Assembly: GCA_963664825.1 (NCBI GenBank)
Contig: OY761614.1
Coordinates: 2,112,001 to 2,176,000 of the forward strand
Length of the DNA stretch: 64,000 nt
Direction: 5' to 3'
Origin: an uncultured Holophaga sp.
GTDB lineage: Bacteria; Acidobacteriota; Holophagae; Holophagales; Holophagaceae
The notes beneath the pieces are model-generated. The model saw only the letters and a program-made list of their open reading frames with translations. It ran no database searches and was not told the origin of the DNA. Below are positions 18,069 through 28,316 of this stretch, in pieces (positions within the stretch are counted from its first letter, which is position 1; each line of letters opens with the position of its first letter). Made by a program: the position numbers and the translations under genes.

Positions 18069-19781
18069 GTGCCGTCTCTCCCTGCTTGCATGGCCGCAAT
18101 CAGAGCCTTTCTTGCGGGGCCGTGGAGTCGTCGGAGCCGAAGTCTGGCGGAGTTTCGCAAGGCCTGGGGGCTGGAGATTCCTCGGGAGCGGAACATGGAC
18201 CTGATTGCCATGTTCCACGAACTCAGGCGCGGATCTCGCACGACAGGTGCGCTGTCCCGGGGGGGGCATCTCGAAGGTCGTGAGCAGGCTGTCCCCCCTG
18301 ACATCATTGACGAGAAGACCTGGCAGGACCTGGCCATGGACGAGGTCTTCGCCAAGCTTGACCGCACGGTCAGCATGCCGGGGCGGCAGGTGCTCTACGA
18401 CCAGATGCGGACCTGTGAGGCTGACGACCGCGTCCTGTTGGAACGGGCCCGCCAACATGCGTGCTTCCACGGGGACGCCAGGCTTCGGGAGGAGATCCAA
18501 CTGCTCCTGGCCCGCCTGGGCGACCCGAGGGCGGCCTGGATCTCTCCCCTGCTGCTCAAGGATCTGCCCGAGGTCCCCACGTGGGCGCCTCTGCTCTATC
18601 CGTGCAGTTTCCTGTCCCTGGCCTGCCTGGCGGGGGCCTTCTTCTGGAAACCGTTCATCCTGCCCTCCCTCGGGTTGATGCTGCTCAATCTCGTGGTGAA
18701 CGAGACCTACGGGCGGCGTATCACGCCATACTTTTCCGGGTTCAGCCAATTGGACGCCCTGTTGGGTTCCATCCTTGGGCTGGCCGGAATGGGGGAGGGC
18801 CGGGGCCTCCCTCAGGTGGATCTCATGCGAGAGGCCGTTCCCCTCGTGGTCCGCCTGCGTCGACGCTTCGGTTGGCTGGCCCGCGATCGGGCGACACTGC
18901 CCGAACCCATGCCCGCGCTCATTGGGTATCTGAACCTGCTGTTTCTTTTCGATGTGGTGATCTTCCTGCGTTCTGTGGCAAGCCTACGGAAGCATCGGTT
19001 GGTTCTCGTGGATCTGCTGGAGGCCGTGGGATCCCTGGACGCGGCCATTTCAGTGGCTTCCTATCAAACGGGCCTGTCCCACTGGACGGTGCCCGAGATC
19101 ACCCCGGAACGCCGAATCCAGGCCGAGGGGTTGTACCATCCCCTGCTTGCCGCGCCCGTGGCCAATCCGTTGCACCTAACCCAGCGTTCGGCCCTCATCA
19201 CGGGCTCCAATATGGCGGGCAAGACCACCTTCATCCGCACGGTTGGCATCAATGTGATCCTGGCTCGCACGCTGAACTTCTGTCTGGCGGAGCGGGCCAC
19301 CCTGCCCAAGGCCATGGTGAAATCCTCCATCCGTCGGGAGGACAAGCTCGCTGAAGGCCAGAGCTACTACTTCACGGAGTTGAAGCGCCTTCGGGAATTC
19401 CTGGATGCGGGGCCTCTTCATCTCTTCCTCATCGACGAGATCTTCCGGGGCACCAATACCGTGGAAAGGATTGCGGCTTCTTCGGCCGTGTTGCGCCAAC
19501 TGGCTCGGGATCACATGGTGCTCGTCACGACCCATGATCTGGAACTCCACGAATGGCTCGCCGAGGATTTCGATATGCACCATTTCAGCGAACAGGTGGT
19601 GGAAGGTCGCTGCGGGTTCGACTATCGCATCCAACCGGGCCCGGCCCGGTCCCGCAATGCCATCAGGCTCCTGGAACTCAACGGCTATCCCGCATCCATC
19701 ACAGGGGAAGCCAGGGAGCTGGCCGAGAAGATCGCGGCGGGTTTCGAGGGGGGCGGCCTCCCTTGCGTCTTGAAGTCTTAG
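18069..19781 (+). CDS. MutS-related membrane protein with only the domain V ATPase (start uncertain)
   Basis: ITGSNMAGKTTF, SYYFTELKR, FLIDEIFRGTN, VTTHD; N-terminal TMs. Confidence 0.85.
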   Translation: MPSLPACMAAIRAFLAGPWSRRSRSLAEFRKAWGLEIPRERNMDLIAMFHELRRGSRTTGALSRGGHLEGREQAVPPDIIDEKTWQDLAMDEVFAKLDRTVSMPGRQVLYDQMRTCEADDRVLLERARQHACFHGDARLREEIQLLLARLGDPRAAWISPLLLKDLPEVPTWAPLLYPCSFLSLACLAGAFFWKPFILPSLGLMLLNLVVNETYGRRITPYFSGFSQLDALLGSILGLAGMGEGRGLPQVDLMREAVPLVVRLRRRFGWLARDRATLPEPMPALIGYLNLLFLFDVVIFLRSVASLRKHRLVLVDLLEAVGSLDAAISVASYQTGLSHWTVPEITPERRIQAEGLYHPLLAAPVANPLHLTQRSALITGSNMAGKTTFIRTVGINVILARTLNFCLAERATLPKAMVKSSIRREDKLAEGQSYYFTELKRLREFLDAGPLHLFLIDEIFRGTNTVERIAASSAVLRQLARDHMVLVTTHDLELHEWLAEDFDMHHFSEQVVEGRCGFDYRIQPGPARSRNAIRLLELNGYPASITGEARELAEKIAAGFEGGGLPCVLKS

Positions 19782-19854
19782 GACCTGACCTAAGCCCCGC
19801 TGGGTAGGCTGAGCCTCTGCTTAGCGGAACTGGGATGTGCGGCGCCATGTACTC

Positions 19855-20031
19855 GACTCATGTGGAGATGATGCTCGCTGGGCGGGTCCCCGCTCGTCGG
19901 GCTGCACTGCAGCCCGTCTCAGCACCGCAGCGTGTGCGGCGCGTCTCGCGACCCTGCCGTCTGTGTGACCCATGTGGAGATGATGCTCACTGAGCGGGTC
20001 CCCGCTCGTCGGGCTGCACTGCAGCCCGTCT
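19855..20031. repeat. REP/BIME-like direct repeat, two copies of about 65 bp with a 112-bp period
   Basis: catgtggagatgatgctc..gcgggtccccgctcgtcgggctgcactgcagcccgtct at 19859 and 19971, each with two hairpins. Confidence 0.8.
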
Positions 20032-20041
20032 TGCGACCCGC

Positions 20042-20497
20042 TTACAGTTCGCCACCCTTTCTTACGCGGTCCATCTCGCGCTTGTGTTCGCGCTCCTTGA
20101 GGGCTTCCCGCTTATCGCCCAGGGTCTTGCCCTCGGCCAGGGCGATCTTTACCTTGATGAAGCCTCGGGGGGTCAGGTAGATGGCCAGGGGCACGATGGT
20201 GTAGCCCTTGCGGGTGGCCTTGGCGACGATCTTGGTGATCTCGGCGCGGTTCAGCAGCAGCTTGCGGGGCCTCAGGGGATCGTGATTGGCATCGGTGCCG
20301 AAATCATAGGGCGGGATGTGGGCCTGCTTGAGCCAGAGCTCGGTGCCTTGGATATCCACATAGGCGTCCTGCAACTGGCCCTTGCCCGTGCGCAGGGACT
20401 TCACCTCCGTGCCCACCAGGGCTACGCCCGCCTCCCAGGTCTCCAGGATGTGGTAGGTATGGAAGGCCTTGCGGTTGCGGGCGAGATCCTCGGACAT
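20042..20497 (-). CDS. smpB: SsrA-binding protein
   Basis: NRKAFHTY, EAGVALVGTEVKSLR, RKLLL, DKRE. Confidence 0.96.
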   Translation of the reverse strand: MSEDLARNRKAFHTYHILETWEAGVALVGTEVKSLRTGKGQLQDAYVDIQGTELWLKQAHIPPYDFGTDANHDPLRPRKLLLNRAEITKIVAKATRKGYTIVPLAIYLTPRGFIKVKIALAEGKTLGDKREALKEREHKREMDRVRKGGEL

Positions 20498-20535
20498 GGC
20501 TCCAGTGTAGCGTGGGCCGAAAATGAGTCAGGGGG

Positions 20536-22611
20536 CTACTTGCCGAGGAGTTCCTTCAATAGGAAATCGGCGTCATAGAGTTTCCTCAGCGCCTCGGTCA
20601 TGCCGGAGGTGTGCACGGCCACGGCCCGGTTGGCCGTTGCATCGTAGACGACGTTGCCCACGAGGCTCTCGATATTGCCATCGAAGATCAGGCCCACCAG
20701 TTCGCCCGAGCGATTGATCACAGGCGAGCCGGAGTTGCCGCCGATGATGTCGCAGGTGCAGACGAAATCCAGGGGCGTCTCGAGCTCCAGCTTGGCCTTG
20801 CCCTGGACGTAGCGGGAGGGCAGGGCGTAGGGGCCCTGGAAGTCGAAGCTGGCGGCACGGTCATAGAGCCCATGGAAGGTCGTCTTGGAGGGAGCCTGGG
20901 TGCCGTTCAGGGGGTAGCCCTTCACGGTGCCGTAGGAAAGGCGCAGGGTGAAATTGGCGTCGGGGTTCACGGTCTTGCCGTAGACCGCGAACCGCGCCTG
21001 GCCGAGCTTCTCGCCTGCCAGGGTCACGGCGCTCTCCACGTGGTCCTCGTGCCACATGCGCAGTTCCCGCAGGAAGGGATCCAGCTTGCGGACCCAGACG
21101 ATCAGGGGATCCTGGGAGGAAGCCAGGGCCTTGGCGCCCCCCTCCAGGAGCTGCTTGCGCAGGGCGGGCTCCCCGATGCGGGTGCCGGAAATGAGCGCCT
21201 TGGCCACTTCGATGGGCTTTTGGCCATGGAGGGCCGCCTTGACGAAGGGGTCATCCGCTCCGAGTTCCTTCATGGACTGCTGGAGGCTATCGGCCAGCAG
21301 GGTTTCTTCCAGGGCTTTATAGTTTGGCGCCGGGGAAAGGAGGCTGAAGCGCAGGGATTCCAGCCCCGCCTCGTGGAATTCCTCCAGGCGCTCCCCATCG
21401 GGTTTGGCCACTTCGGTCACGTAGCGGAGGAGGGTGAGGGCCGTGCCCGGCAGCTCATAGCCTCCGATGCGCCGGAACATCCGGGGCTTGAGCTGCTCCA
21501 GGGAGAGCTGCTGCGCCTTGTCGATGGCCTCCCAGGCCGGGCCGTAGGCCTTCTGCCATTGGGGCTTGGCGGCCACGAGCCTGCGGAAGTCCTGCTCGTC
21601 CTGGGCCTTCTTGGCCATGAGGTGCCGGTCCTTGAGGCCGTCGTATTCGCCGCCTAGAGCCTTGAGGCTATTCTGCAGGCCGAAGACCAGGCTCCCGGCC
21701 TGCCGGGCTTCCTCCCTCCCCCGGGCCCCGTAGCCCTGGACCACATCCAGGAGGTGCTTGAGCCGGGCGAGGGTCAGCGGATAGAAATGATCGCGGTTGA
21801 ATTCGAGCTGGGCCAGGGTGCTCAGCCGCTCGGTGGAACCGGGATGGCCCGAGACGAAGACCAGTTCGTCCTGGCCAGCCCCCTTGGGATTCCACTTCAG
21901 GTAGGCGGGGCTCTTCACGGCCTGGCCGTTTTCGTAGACCCGGAACATGGCCATATCCAGGTCGTGGCGCGGGAAGGTGAAGTTATCGGAGTCGCCGCCG
22001 TAGAAGGCTATCTGCTGCTCCGGCGCGAAGACCAGGCGGATATCGGTGTATTTCTTGTATCGGTAGATCCAGTATTCGCCCCCCTGGTAGAGGGTCACGA
22101 TATCCGAGCGCAGCCCCGTGGCGTCCAGGCTCTCCTTCTCGAGCCGGGCCATGACGGCCTTGCGGGCTTCCATGGATTGTTTCTCGCTCATGCCGGGTTG
22201 GAGGGCGGCCTGGATCCGGGCCGTGACGTCCTCCATGGACATCAGCACATTGAGTTCGAGATCCGGACAGGGCAGCTCCTCGGCGGCATTCCGGGCGATG
22301 AAGCCGGTCTTGATGTAGTCCTGCTCCGGGGTGGAGACCTTCTGGAGCTGGCCCCGGGCCACATGGTGGTTGGTGAGCACCAGGCCCTCGGGGCTGATGA
22401 AGGAGCCCGAACCGCCGTCATTGAAGCGCACGGAGGCCATGCGCACATGGTCCAGCCAGGCCTTGTCGGGCTCGAAACCATAGCGGGCCTTGAGCTGCTT
22501 GAGGGGCGGGTTATCGAAGGTCCACATCCCCTCTTCGGCCCGCAGGGGCAGACTTCCGATGACGAGGGCGAGGGCGCAGCTGCCCAGGGCGAAGCGGGAG
22601 AGGATGGCCAT
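20536..22611 (-). CDS. S46-family dipeptidyl peptidase
   Basis: EEGMW, TNHHV, DIIGGNSGSPV, FDGN. Confidence 0.93.
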   Translation of the reverse strand: MAILSRFALGSCALALVIGSLPLRAEEGMWTFDNPPLKQLKARYGFEPDKAWLDHVRMASVRFNDGGSGSFISPEGLVLTNHHVARGQLQKVSTPEQDYIKTGFIARNAAEELPCPDLELNVLMSMEDVTARIQAALQPGMSEKQSMEARKAVMARLEKESLDATGLRSDIVTLYQGGEYWIYRYKKYTDIRLVFAPEQQIAFYGGDSDNFTFPRHDLDMAMFRVYENGQAVKSPAYLKWNPKGAGQDELVFVSGHPGSTERLSTLAQLEFNRDHFYPLTLARLKHLLDVVQGYGARGREEARQAGSLVFGLQNSLKALGGEYDGLKDRHLMAKKAQDEQDFRRLVAAKPQWQKAYGPAWEAIDKAQQLSLEQLKPRMFRRIGGYELPGTALTLLRYVTEVAKPDGERLEEFHEAGLESLRFSLLSPAPNYKALEETLLADSLQQSMKELGADDPFVKAALHGQKPIEVAKALISGTRIGEPALRKQLLEGGAKALASSQDPLIVWVRKLDPFLRELRMWHEDHVESAVTLAGEKLGQARFAVYGKTVNPDANFTLRLSYGTVKGYPLNGTQAPSKTTFHGLYDRAASFDFQGPYALPSRYVQGKAKLELETPLDFVCTCDIIGGNSGSPVINRSGELVGLIFDGNIESLVGNVVYDATANRAVAVHTSGMTEALRKLYDADFLLKELLGK

Positions 22612-22763
22612 GGAGACCTCCGTGGAAGGGAACGGGATTCCTCAAGAGGATAGCTCGTCCCACGAATGCGTGCCTGCCGTCTGGGGGTTGAGGAGGAAAG
22701 CCCGCCCTTCCGCGATACGCTGGAGGATTGGCGTCCCGATCGGGTCGCCCCCCGGGAGGCCCC

Positions 22764-23417
22764 GTGTTGCAGAAGATTCTCGCTCCCATCGTCGCCTGCA
22801 TGGTGGCCATCATGGCGGCCATGGGCCCCCTGGGCGTCACGCTGCTCATGGCCATCGAGAGCGCCTGCATCCCCCTCCCCAGCGAGGTCATCATGCCCTT
22901 CGCGGGCTTCCTGGCCTTCAAGGGGCAGATGACCTTCCTGGGCCTGGGGGCGGGACACCCCGTGGCCCAGATCTGGATTGCGGCCATCTTCGGTGCCCTG
23001 GGCTGCAATCTGGGCTCCATCCCCGCCTTCGAGATCGGCGCCTGGGGCGGTCGGAAGGCCGTGGAGAAATACGGGAAGTACATCTGGCTGAACCTGGGCC
23101 ATCTGGACCAGGCCCATCGCTTCTTCGAGCGCTTCGGCACCTGGGCCATCCCTGCGGCCCGCATGTTGCCGGTGGTGCGCACCTTCATCGCCCTGCCCGC
23201 GGGCATCGCCAAGATGGACCGCACCCGCTTCCACATCCTGACCTTTTTGGGCAGCCTGCCCTGGTGCCTGGGACTGGCTTGGATCGGCTACAAATTGGGC
23301 GAGAAATGGCATACCCTCGGCGCCTACTTCCACAGACTGGACGCGGTGATCGGCATCCTGATCCTCGGGGGCCTGGCCTGGTTCATCTGGGACCATCTGC
23401 GGCAGCGAAGGGCCTGA
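22764..23417 (+). CDS. DedA-family membrane protein
   Basis: ESACIPLPSEVIMPFAG, RMLPVVRTFIALPAG. Confidence 0.92.
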   Translation: MLQKILAPIVACMVAIMAAMGPLGVTLLMAIESACIPLPSEVIMPFAGFLAFKGQMTFLGLGAGHPVAQIWIAAIFGALGCNLGSIPAFEIGAWGGRKAVEKYGKYIWLNLGHLDQAHRFFERFGTWAIPAARMLPVVRTFIALPAGIAKMDRTRFHILTFLGSLPWCLGLAWIGYKLGEKWHTLGAYFHRLDAVIGILILGGLAWFIWDHLRQRRA

Positions 23418-23478
23418 TAGGCGAATCCGGGCATCCGGCGATCCGAGGGACTACACTTCCCTGGCACTGGAGGCAGGC

Positions 23479-25752
23479 ATGTCATCGCCCATCCGTTCCC
23501 TGATATTGGCTTTTGGGCTCCTGCTTCCCTTCCTGGCCTGTGGGGGCGGCGGGAGCTCGCAAACGGTCACTCCGGCGCCCAGCGGCACGCCCGCATTGAG
23601 CGGCTTCAGCCCCGTCTCGGGCGTGGCCGGGGACATGATCACCCTCACGGGCAGCGGGTTGGGGAGCCTCACCTACGTGAAGCTGGGGGGCCTGGCCTGC
23701 ACGTTCACCCTCGTCTCCGGTACCCAGGTGAAGGCTGCTGTTCCTGTCGGCGCTGCCTCTGGCGCGGCTTACTTCGTGGCCGGGAATTCCGATCAGACGT
23801 TGGTGAGCCCTGCGGCCTTCACCGTGGCCCATCCTAGCGGCCCCGTGGTGACGGGTTTCAGCCCCTTGAGGGGGGTGGCGGGAGACACCGTGACCCTCTC
23901 GGGCTCCGGGTTCAGCGGCACATCGGTCGTGTACTTCGGAGGGCAGTTGGCGCTCTTCACCCAGAATGTGGATAACCAGATCACGGCCTATGTGCCCTCC
24001 CTGGCCCCCTCGGGGCCCATCTCCGTCACCGTGGGGGGCATCACTGCGGTCTCCTCCAAGAACTTCATCGTCTCCAGCGCCACGCCGACCCTGGATCTCA
24101 GCATCGACGGGCTCTACCTGACCCAGAGCGTGCAGTCGTACGAGGGCACGGTGCCCCTGGTGGCCAATCGGAAGGCGCTGCTGAGGGTCTTCGCCAAGGC
24201 CAACCAGGCCAATGCCGTCCCGGCCATGGTCCGCGTGAAGCTCCTCAAGGCTTCCACGGGGGCGGTGGTGGATGCCTGGGATCTGGTGGCAGGCAGTTCT
24301 GTGCCGACGACGGTGAGCGAAGGCACCCTGGGCGCCTCCTGGAACGTCCTGGTGCCGGGGGCGGAGATCCAGGCGGGCACCTATCTGGCCGCGGAAGTGG
24401 ACCCCTTGAATGCGGTGCTTGAGACCGACAAGAGCAATAACACCTTCCGCTTCCCCTCCTCAGGCGCCCTGGATACCAGGACCGTGAAGGCCTGGAAGGT
24501 CACCCTCGTCCCCGTCACCCAGCAGGGGCTCACGGGGAACGTGACCGATAGCACCAGGACGGCGGCCAGCTGGGTGGACCGGCTCCAGCGCATGTATCCC
24601 ATGGATAGCCTTGATGTGCAGGTGCGCGGCAGCGCCCTTGTCACGACGGGGAACCTCAATACGGGCCTGACCGGCACGGCCGATGACACGGGCTGGAAAC
24701 AGGCGCTCCAGGATCTGGCCAAGGCCCGTGCCGTCGAGGCTCCAGACCGCTACTACTTCGGAGCCATCAATGTGAACTACACAGGTGGCATCGCGGGGCT
24801 GGGCTACATCGGGTCTCCGTCGGCCATCGGATGGGATAAACGGGTCTCCAGCGCCAAGGACGGCTACAACTATCCGGAGGTGCTGGCCCACGAGGTGGGC
24901 CACAACTTTGGCCGCTACCACGCTCCCTGTGGCGTGACTGACGCCGATACCAATTGGCCCACGGCGGCCGCCTATGCCACCGCGCTCACAGGCGCATGGG
25001 GTTGGGACCCGGCCCTCGGTTTGGCCCAGGCCGCCCTCAAGGATCCCGCCTTATGCAAGGACATCATGTCCTACTGCGATGGCGATCTGTGGGTGAGCAA
25101 CTACACCTATGGGGATGTGACCACGGATCCGGTCTCCCCGGCCTCCAGCGGAGGCTCGGCCCTGGGCGGGATCCTGGCCTTCCGGGCCGCCAGCTCCCTG
25201 GGGGATGTGCAGGAGGCCGAGGACTGCCTGATGGTCTCGGGGCGCGTCCGGGATGGGCGGGTGGAGATCGAATCCAGCTACCAGGTCCATGCCCTTCCCA
25301 CCCCCGTCAGGGAGGGTTCCTATGCCCTCCTGTTGCAGGATGGGGCCGGGAAGGCACTGGGTGGCGCGTCCTTCGAGCCGGTGGCCCTGGCCGATACGAG
25401 GGGCTCCGAGGAGAGCCACTTCCTGGTGGTGGTTCCCCTGGGCGCGGTGGGCCAGGCCTCTCTCGCCGGGTTCCAGATCCGCCGTGGAGGGGCGCTGTTG
25501 GCCTCTCTCCGTTCTTCCCAACCTACCGCTGTGCGAGAGCCTGTCGCCATGTTCCTGAAGGCGGGTCAGGCCCATCTGAGCTGGGATTGCGAGGCCCATC
25601 GCCAGGTCATGGTGCGCGATAGCCGAACGGGGCAAGTCCTGGGTTTCCTGGAAGGCGGTTCGGCCCTGATCGATACCGATGCCAGGGAACTGGAATGCAC
25701 CTTCTCCGATGGCGTGCGCAGCCAGCGGAGGACGCTGAAGGTGCTGGAATAG
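23479..25752 (+). CDS. Lipoprotein with two IPT/TIG domains and an M66-like metzincin metallopeptidase domain
   Basis: Lipobox FLAC, two FSPxxGxxGDxxTLxGxG repeats, HEVGHNFGRYH, Met-turn DIMSY. Confidence 0.82.
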   Translation: MSSPIRSLILAFGLLLPFLACGGGGSSQTVTPAPSGTPALSGFSPVSGVAGDMITLTGSGLGSLTYVKLGGLACTFTLVSGTQVKAAVPVGAASGAAYFVAGNSDQTLVSPAAFTVAHPSGPVVTGFSPLRGVAGDTVTLSGSGFSGTSVVYFGGQLALFTQNVDNQITAYVPSLAPSGPISVTVGGITAVSSKNFIVSSATPTLDLSIDGLYLTQSVQSYEGTVPLVANRKALLRVFAKANQANAVPAMVRVKLLKASTGAVVDAWDLVAGSSVPTTVSEGTLGASWNVLVPGAEIQAGTYLAAEVDPLNAVLETDKSNNTFRFPSSGALDTRTVKAWKVTLVPVTQQGLTGNVTDSTRTAASWVDRLQRMYPMDSLDVQVRGSALVTTGNLNTGLTGTADDTGWKQALQDLAKARAVEAPDRYYFGAINVNYTGGIAGLGYIGSPSAIGWDKRVSSAKDGYNYPEVLAHEVGHNFGRYHAPCGVTDADTNWPTAAAYATALTGAWGWDPALGLAQAALKDPALCKDIMSYCDGDLWVSNYTYGDVTTDPVSPASSGGSALGGILAFRAASSLGDVQEAEDCLMVSGRVRDGRVEIESSYQVHALPTPVREGSYALLLQDGAGKALGGASFEPVALADTRGSEESHFLVVVPLGAVGQASLAGFQIRRGGALLASLRSSQPTAVREPVAMFLKAGQAHLSWDCEAHRQVMVRDSRTGQVLGFLEGGSALIDTDARELECTFSDGVRSQRRTLKVLE

Positions 25753-25777
25753 GGGTGCAGGCTACGGCGCGGTCCTC

Positions 25778-26749
25778 TCAGAACCCGGCGAACTTGTCCG
25801 TGGCGGCCACCAGGGCGCGGCTATTGGGGGCTTCCGTGGCGCTGTGGCCGCTGTCGGGGGTGATGATGAAATCGGCCTCCGGCCAGGCGCGGTGGAGGGC
25901 CCAGGCGCTCTCCATGGGGCAGACCACATCGTAGCGACCCTGCACGATTGTCCCCGGGATGTGGCGCAGCTTGTGGGCATCCCGCAGGAGCTGGTCATCG
26001 GTGTCGAAGAAGCCCTTGTGGGCGAAGTAGTGGCATTCGATGCGGGCGAAGGCTAGGGCGAATTCGTCCTCCTCGTAGTGGCCGATGGATTCCGCATCGG
26101 GAATCAGCTTGGAGGTGGCGCCTTCCCAGCCGCTCCAGATCTTGGCTGCCTCCAGGCGGATGGCCGGGGCCTTGCTCGTGAGGCGAGCATGGTAGGCCTT
26201 CAGGAGATCCCCGCGTTCGGCCTCGGGGATGTGGGCCAGGTAGGGCTCCCAGGCATCGGGGTAGAGGATCGAGGCGCCCCGCTGGTATAGCCAATCGACC
26301 TCCTGCTTGCGCAGCAGGAAGATGCCCCGCAGCACCAGTTCAGTCACGCGGTTGGGGAATTTTTCCGCATAGGCCAGGGCCAGCGTGGAACCCCAGCTCC
26401 CGCCGAAGACCTGCCAGCTGTCGAGGCTGAGGTGCTCCCGCAGGCGCTCGATATCGGCCACCAGATCCCAGGTCGTGTTGGCTTCGAGACCCGCGTAGGG
26501 CGTGCTCTTGCCGCATCCCCGCTGATCGAAGTTCACGATGCGGTATTTGTCCGGATGAAAGAAGCGCCGCTGCTTGGGATCCGAGCCGCCCCCGGGTCCC
26601 CCGTGCAGGAAGACCACGGGCTTGCCCTTGGGATTGCCGCTCTCCTCGAAGTAGAGTTCGTGGCCATCGGTCACCTTCAACATGCCTGTGCGGTAGGCCT
26701 CGATGGGTGGGTAGAGCCAGGTGAGGGGATCCTTGACGGGGTGGGACAT
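25778..26749 (-). CDS. pip: Proline iminopeptidase
   Basis: HGGPGGG, DQRGCG, GGSWGS, GRYDVVC, SGHS. Confidence 0.95.
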   Translation of the reverse strand: MSHPVKDPLTWLYPPIEAYRTGMLKVTDGHELYFEESGNPKGKPVVFLHGGPGGGSDPKQRRFFHPDKYRIVNFDQRGCGKSTPYAGLEANTTWDLVADIERLREHLSLDSWQVFGGSWGSTLALAYAEKFPNRVTELVLRGIFLLRKQEVDWLYQRGASILYPDAWEPYLAHIPEAERGDLLKAYHARLTSKAPAIRLEAAKIWSGWEGATSKLIPDAESIGHYEEDEFALAFARIECHYFAHKGFFDTDDQLLRDAHKLRHIPGTIVQGRYDVVCPMESAWALHRAWPEADFIITPDSGHSATEAPNSRALVAATDKFAGF

Positions 26750-26800
26750 GGGCGCCTCCAGATCCGATGATGCTGCGATGCCGCCCAAAAGCCTAGGGAT

Positions 26801-27484
26801 TCAGAGCCCCAGGGCCCGCCGGACATCCTCCATTCTCCTCCGGCTGATGGGGAGATGGCCCGTGGGGAGCCGCAGTTCGTCCTCGGTGCCGATCTCGCGC
26901 ACGGCCTCCAGGCGCACGAGGGCATTGCGGTGGACCCGCAGGAATCCATGCGAGCTGAGGCGTTCCTCCCAGTGGGCTAGGGTCCCATCCACAGGCATCC
27001 TGCCTTCTGCGGTCCAGGCGACACAGTCCCCCAGATCTGCCACCAGGGCTTCGATCTCGCTGGGTTTTAGAAGGCGCGTGCCGCTCTTCCGGCGCACGGG
27101 GATGCGCAGCCATTCCTTCTGCAGGGGGTCGCCCTGGGGGCGGATGCGCGAAAGGGCCTGGGCCACATGGACGCGGGAAATGGGTTTCAGCAGGTAGTGC
27201 ACGGCACCCCCCGCGAAGGCCTCGATGGCATGCTGGGGATAGGCCGTGACGAAGACTATGGAGGGCTTGGGCTCAGGGAACATGTGCATCAGCTCTGTGC
27301 CCTTGATACCGGGCATCTCGATATCGAGAAATACGGCATCGGGTTTGTGTTCGGCGATGGCTTGGAGTCCCAAGCGACCGTTGGCGACACTGGCGACCAC
27401 CTCCACGCCGGGCAGTTCCAAGAGCAGGTCCACCAGATGCTGGCGGGCCAGGGGTTCGTCCTCCACCACCACGATGCGGATCAC
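26801..27484 (-). CDS. LytTR-family response regulator (paralog of 2053-2748)
   Basis: VIRIVVVEDEP, FLDIEMPG, FLRVHRNALVRL. Confidence 0.92.
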   Translation of the reverse strand: MIRIVVVEDEPLARQHLVDLLLELPGVEVVASVANGRLGLQAIAEHKPDAVFLDIEMPGIKGTELMHMFPEPKPSIVFVTAYPQHAIEAFAGGAVHYLLKPISRVHVAQALSRIRPQGDPLQKEWLRIPVRRKSGTRLLKPSEIEALVADLGDCVAWTAEGRMPVDGTLAHWEERLSSHGFLRVHRNALVRLEAVREIGTEDELRLPTGHLPISRRRMEDVRRALGL

Positions 27485-28284
27485 GGAAGAGCTTCCGCAA
27501 GCACTGGATGGCTCATGACCCGGTGCAGAGCCCCGATGGCTACCCCCACCAGGACTGCGCCCAGGACCCACATCCACAGGGGCTGGAGGCTTCCGCCGGA
27601 CAGGTAGGGCGCGTGGAATTTATCGCAGAGTACAGAACCGAGGTTGTTGAGGAAGTGGGCAAAGACGGCGGGCCACAGGGAACCCGTCCGGATCACCAGC
27701 CAGCCCAGGAAGAGTCCCGCCATGAGCGCCGTGGGAAACTGCCAGGGGTTCATGTGAATGAGGGCGAAGAGCAGGGCGGAATAGGCGATGGCCTTGCGGG
27801 GGCCGTAGCGCAGCAGGAATCCCCCCAGCAGCACGCCGCGGAGCAGGGGTTCTTCCGTGAGGGGAGCGCCGACCACGAGTCCGGGCCAGCCCATGTTCTC
27901 GAAGGCCTGGTTCAGCCAACTCGGCATCGGCAGCACCTTCTGCAATAGTCCGTCCATGCCATTGCTGAGCAGGATGAGGCCCAAGACTCCAAGGAGGACG
28001 AGGGGCCATACAGCGGGCGCCACGGCGTGGTGGGGGAAGTAGTCACGCCACTTCTGGTGTCCCATGGTTGTGCAGACACGGAGTGTGAGGGCCGTGCCGC
28101 CCAGTTGGCCCAGCAGGGCCATCCAGGGCAAGGTGCGCGAAAATCCGAGAGCCTTCAGGATGCCGGCCGGGATGCCTGCGAGCCCTGAGAAAAACAAAAA
28201 GAGGAATAGCACCAGCAGGGCCTGGGCGAAGCCTGGGAAAGGCTTGGAAGGGGCGGGCTGGGGTTGGATTGCCGAGTCATCCAT
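27481..28284 (-). CDS. CPBP/CAAX (Abi) intramembrane metalloprotease
   Basis: PLTEEPLLRG, FALIH, AHFLNN. Confidence 0.9.
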   Translation of the reverse strand: MDDSAIQPQPAPSKPFPGFAQALLVLFLFLFFSGLAGIPAGILKALGFSRTLPWMALLGQLGGTALTLRVCTTMGHQKWRDYFPHHAVAPAVWPLVLLGVLGLILLSNGMDGLLQKVLPMPSWLNQAFENMGWPGLVVGAPLTEEPLLRGVLLGGFLLRYGPRKAIAYSALLFALIHMNPWQFPTALMAGLFLGWLVIRTGSLWPAVFAHFLNNLGSVLCDKFHAPYLSGGSLQPLWMWVLGAVLVGVAIGALHRVMSHPVLAEALP

Positions 28285-28316
28285 GGAGAACCTCAAGTTC
28301 TTTCATCATGCCCCGT

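Noticed and set aside
19855..20031. Possible CRISPR array
   Set aside because: Only two units, the repeat is about 65 bp, and there are no cas genes in the window
19782..20535. tmRNA gene next to smpB
   Set aside because: No tRNA-Ala-like ends or tag reading frame seen
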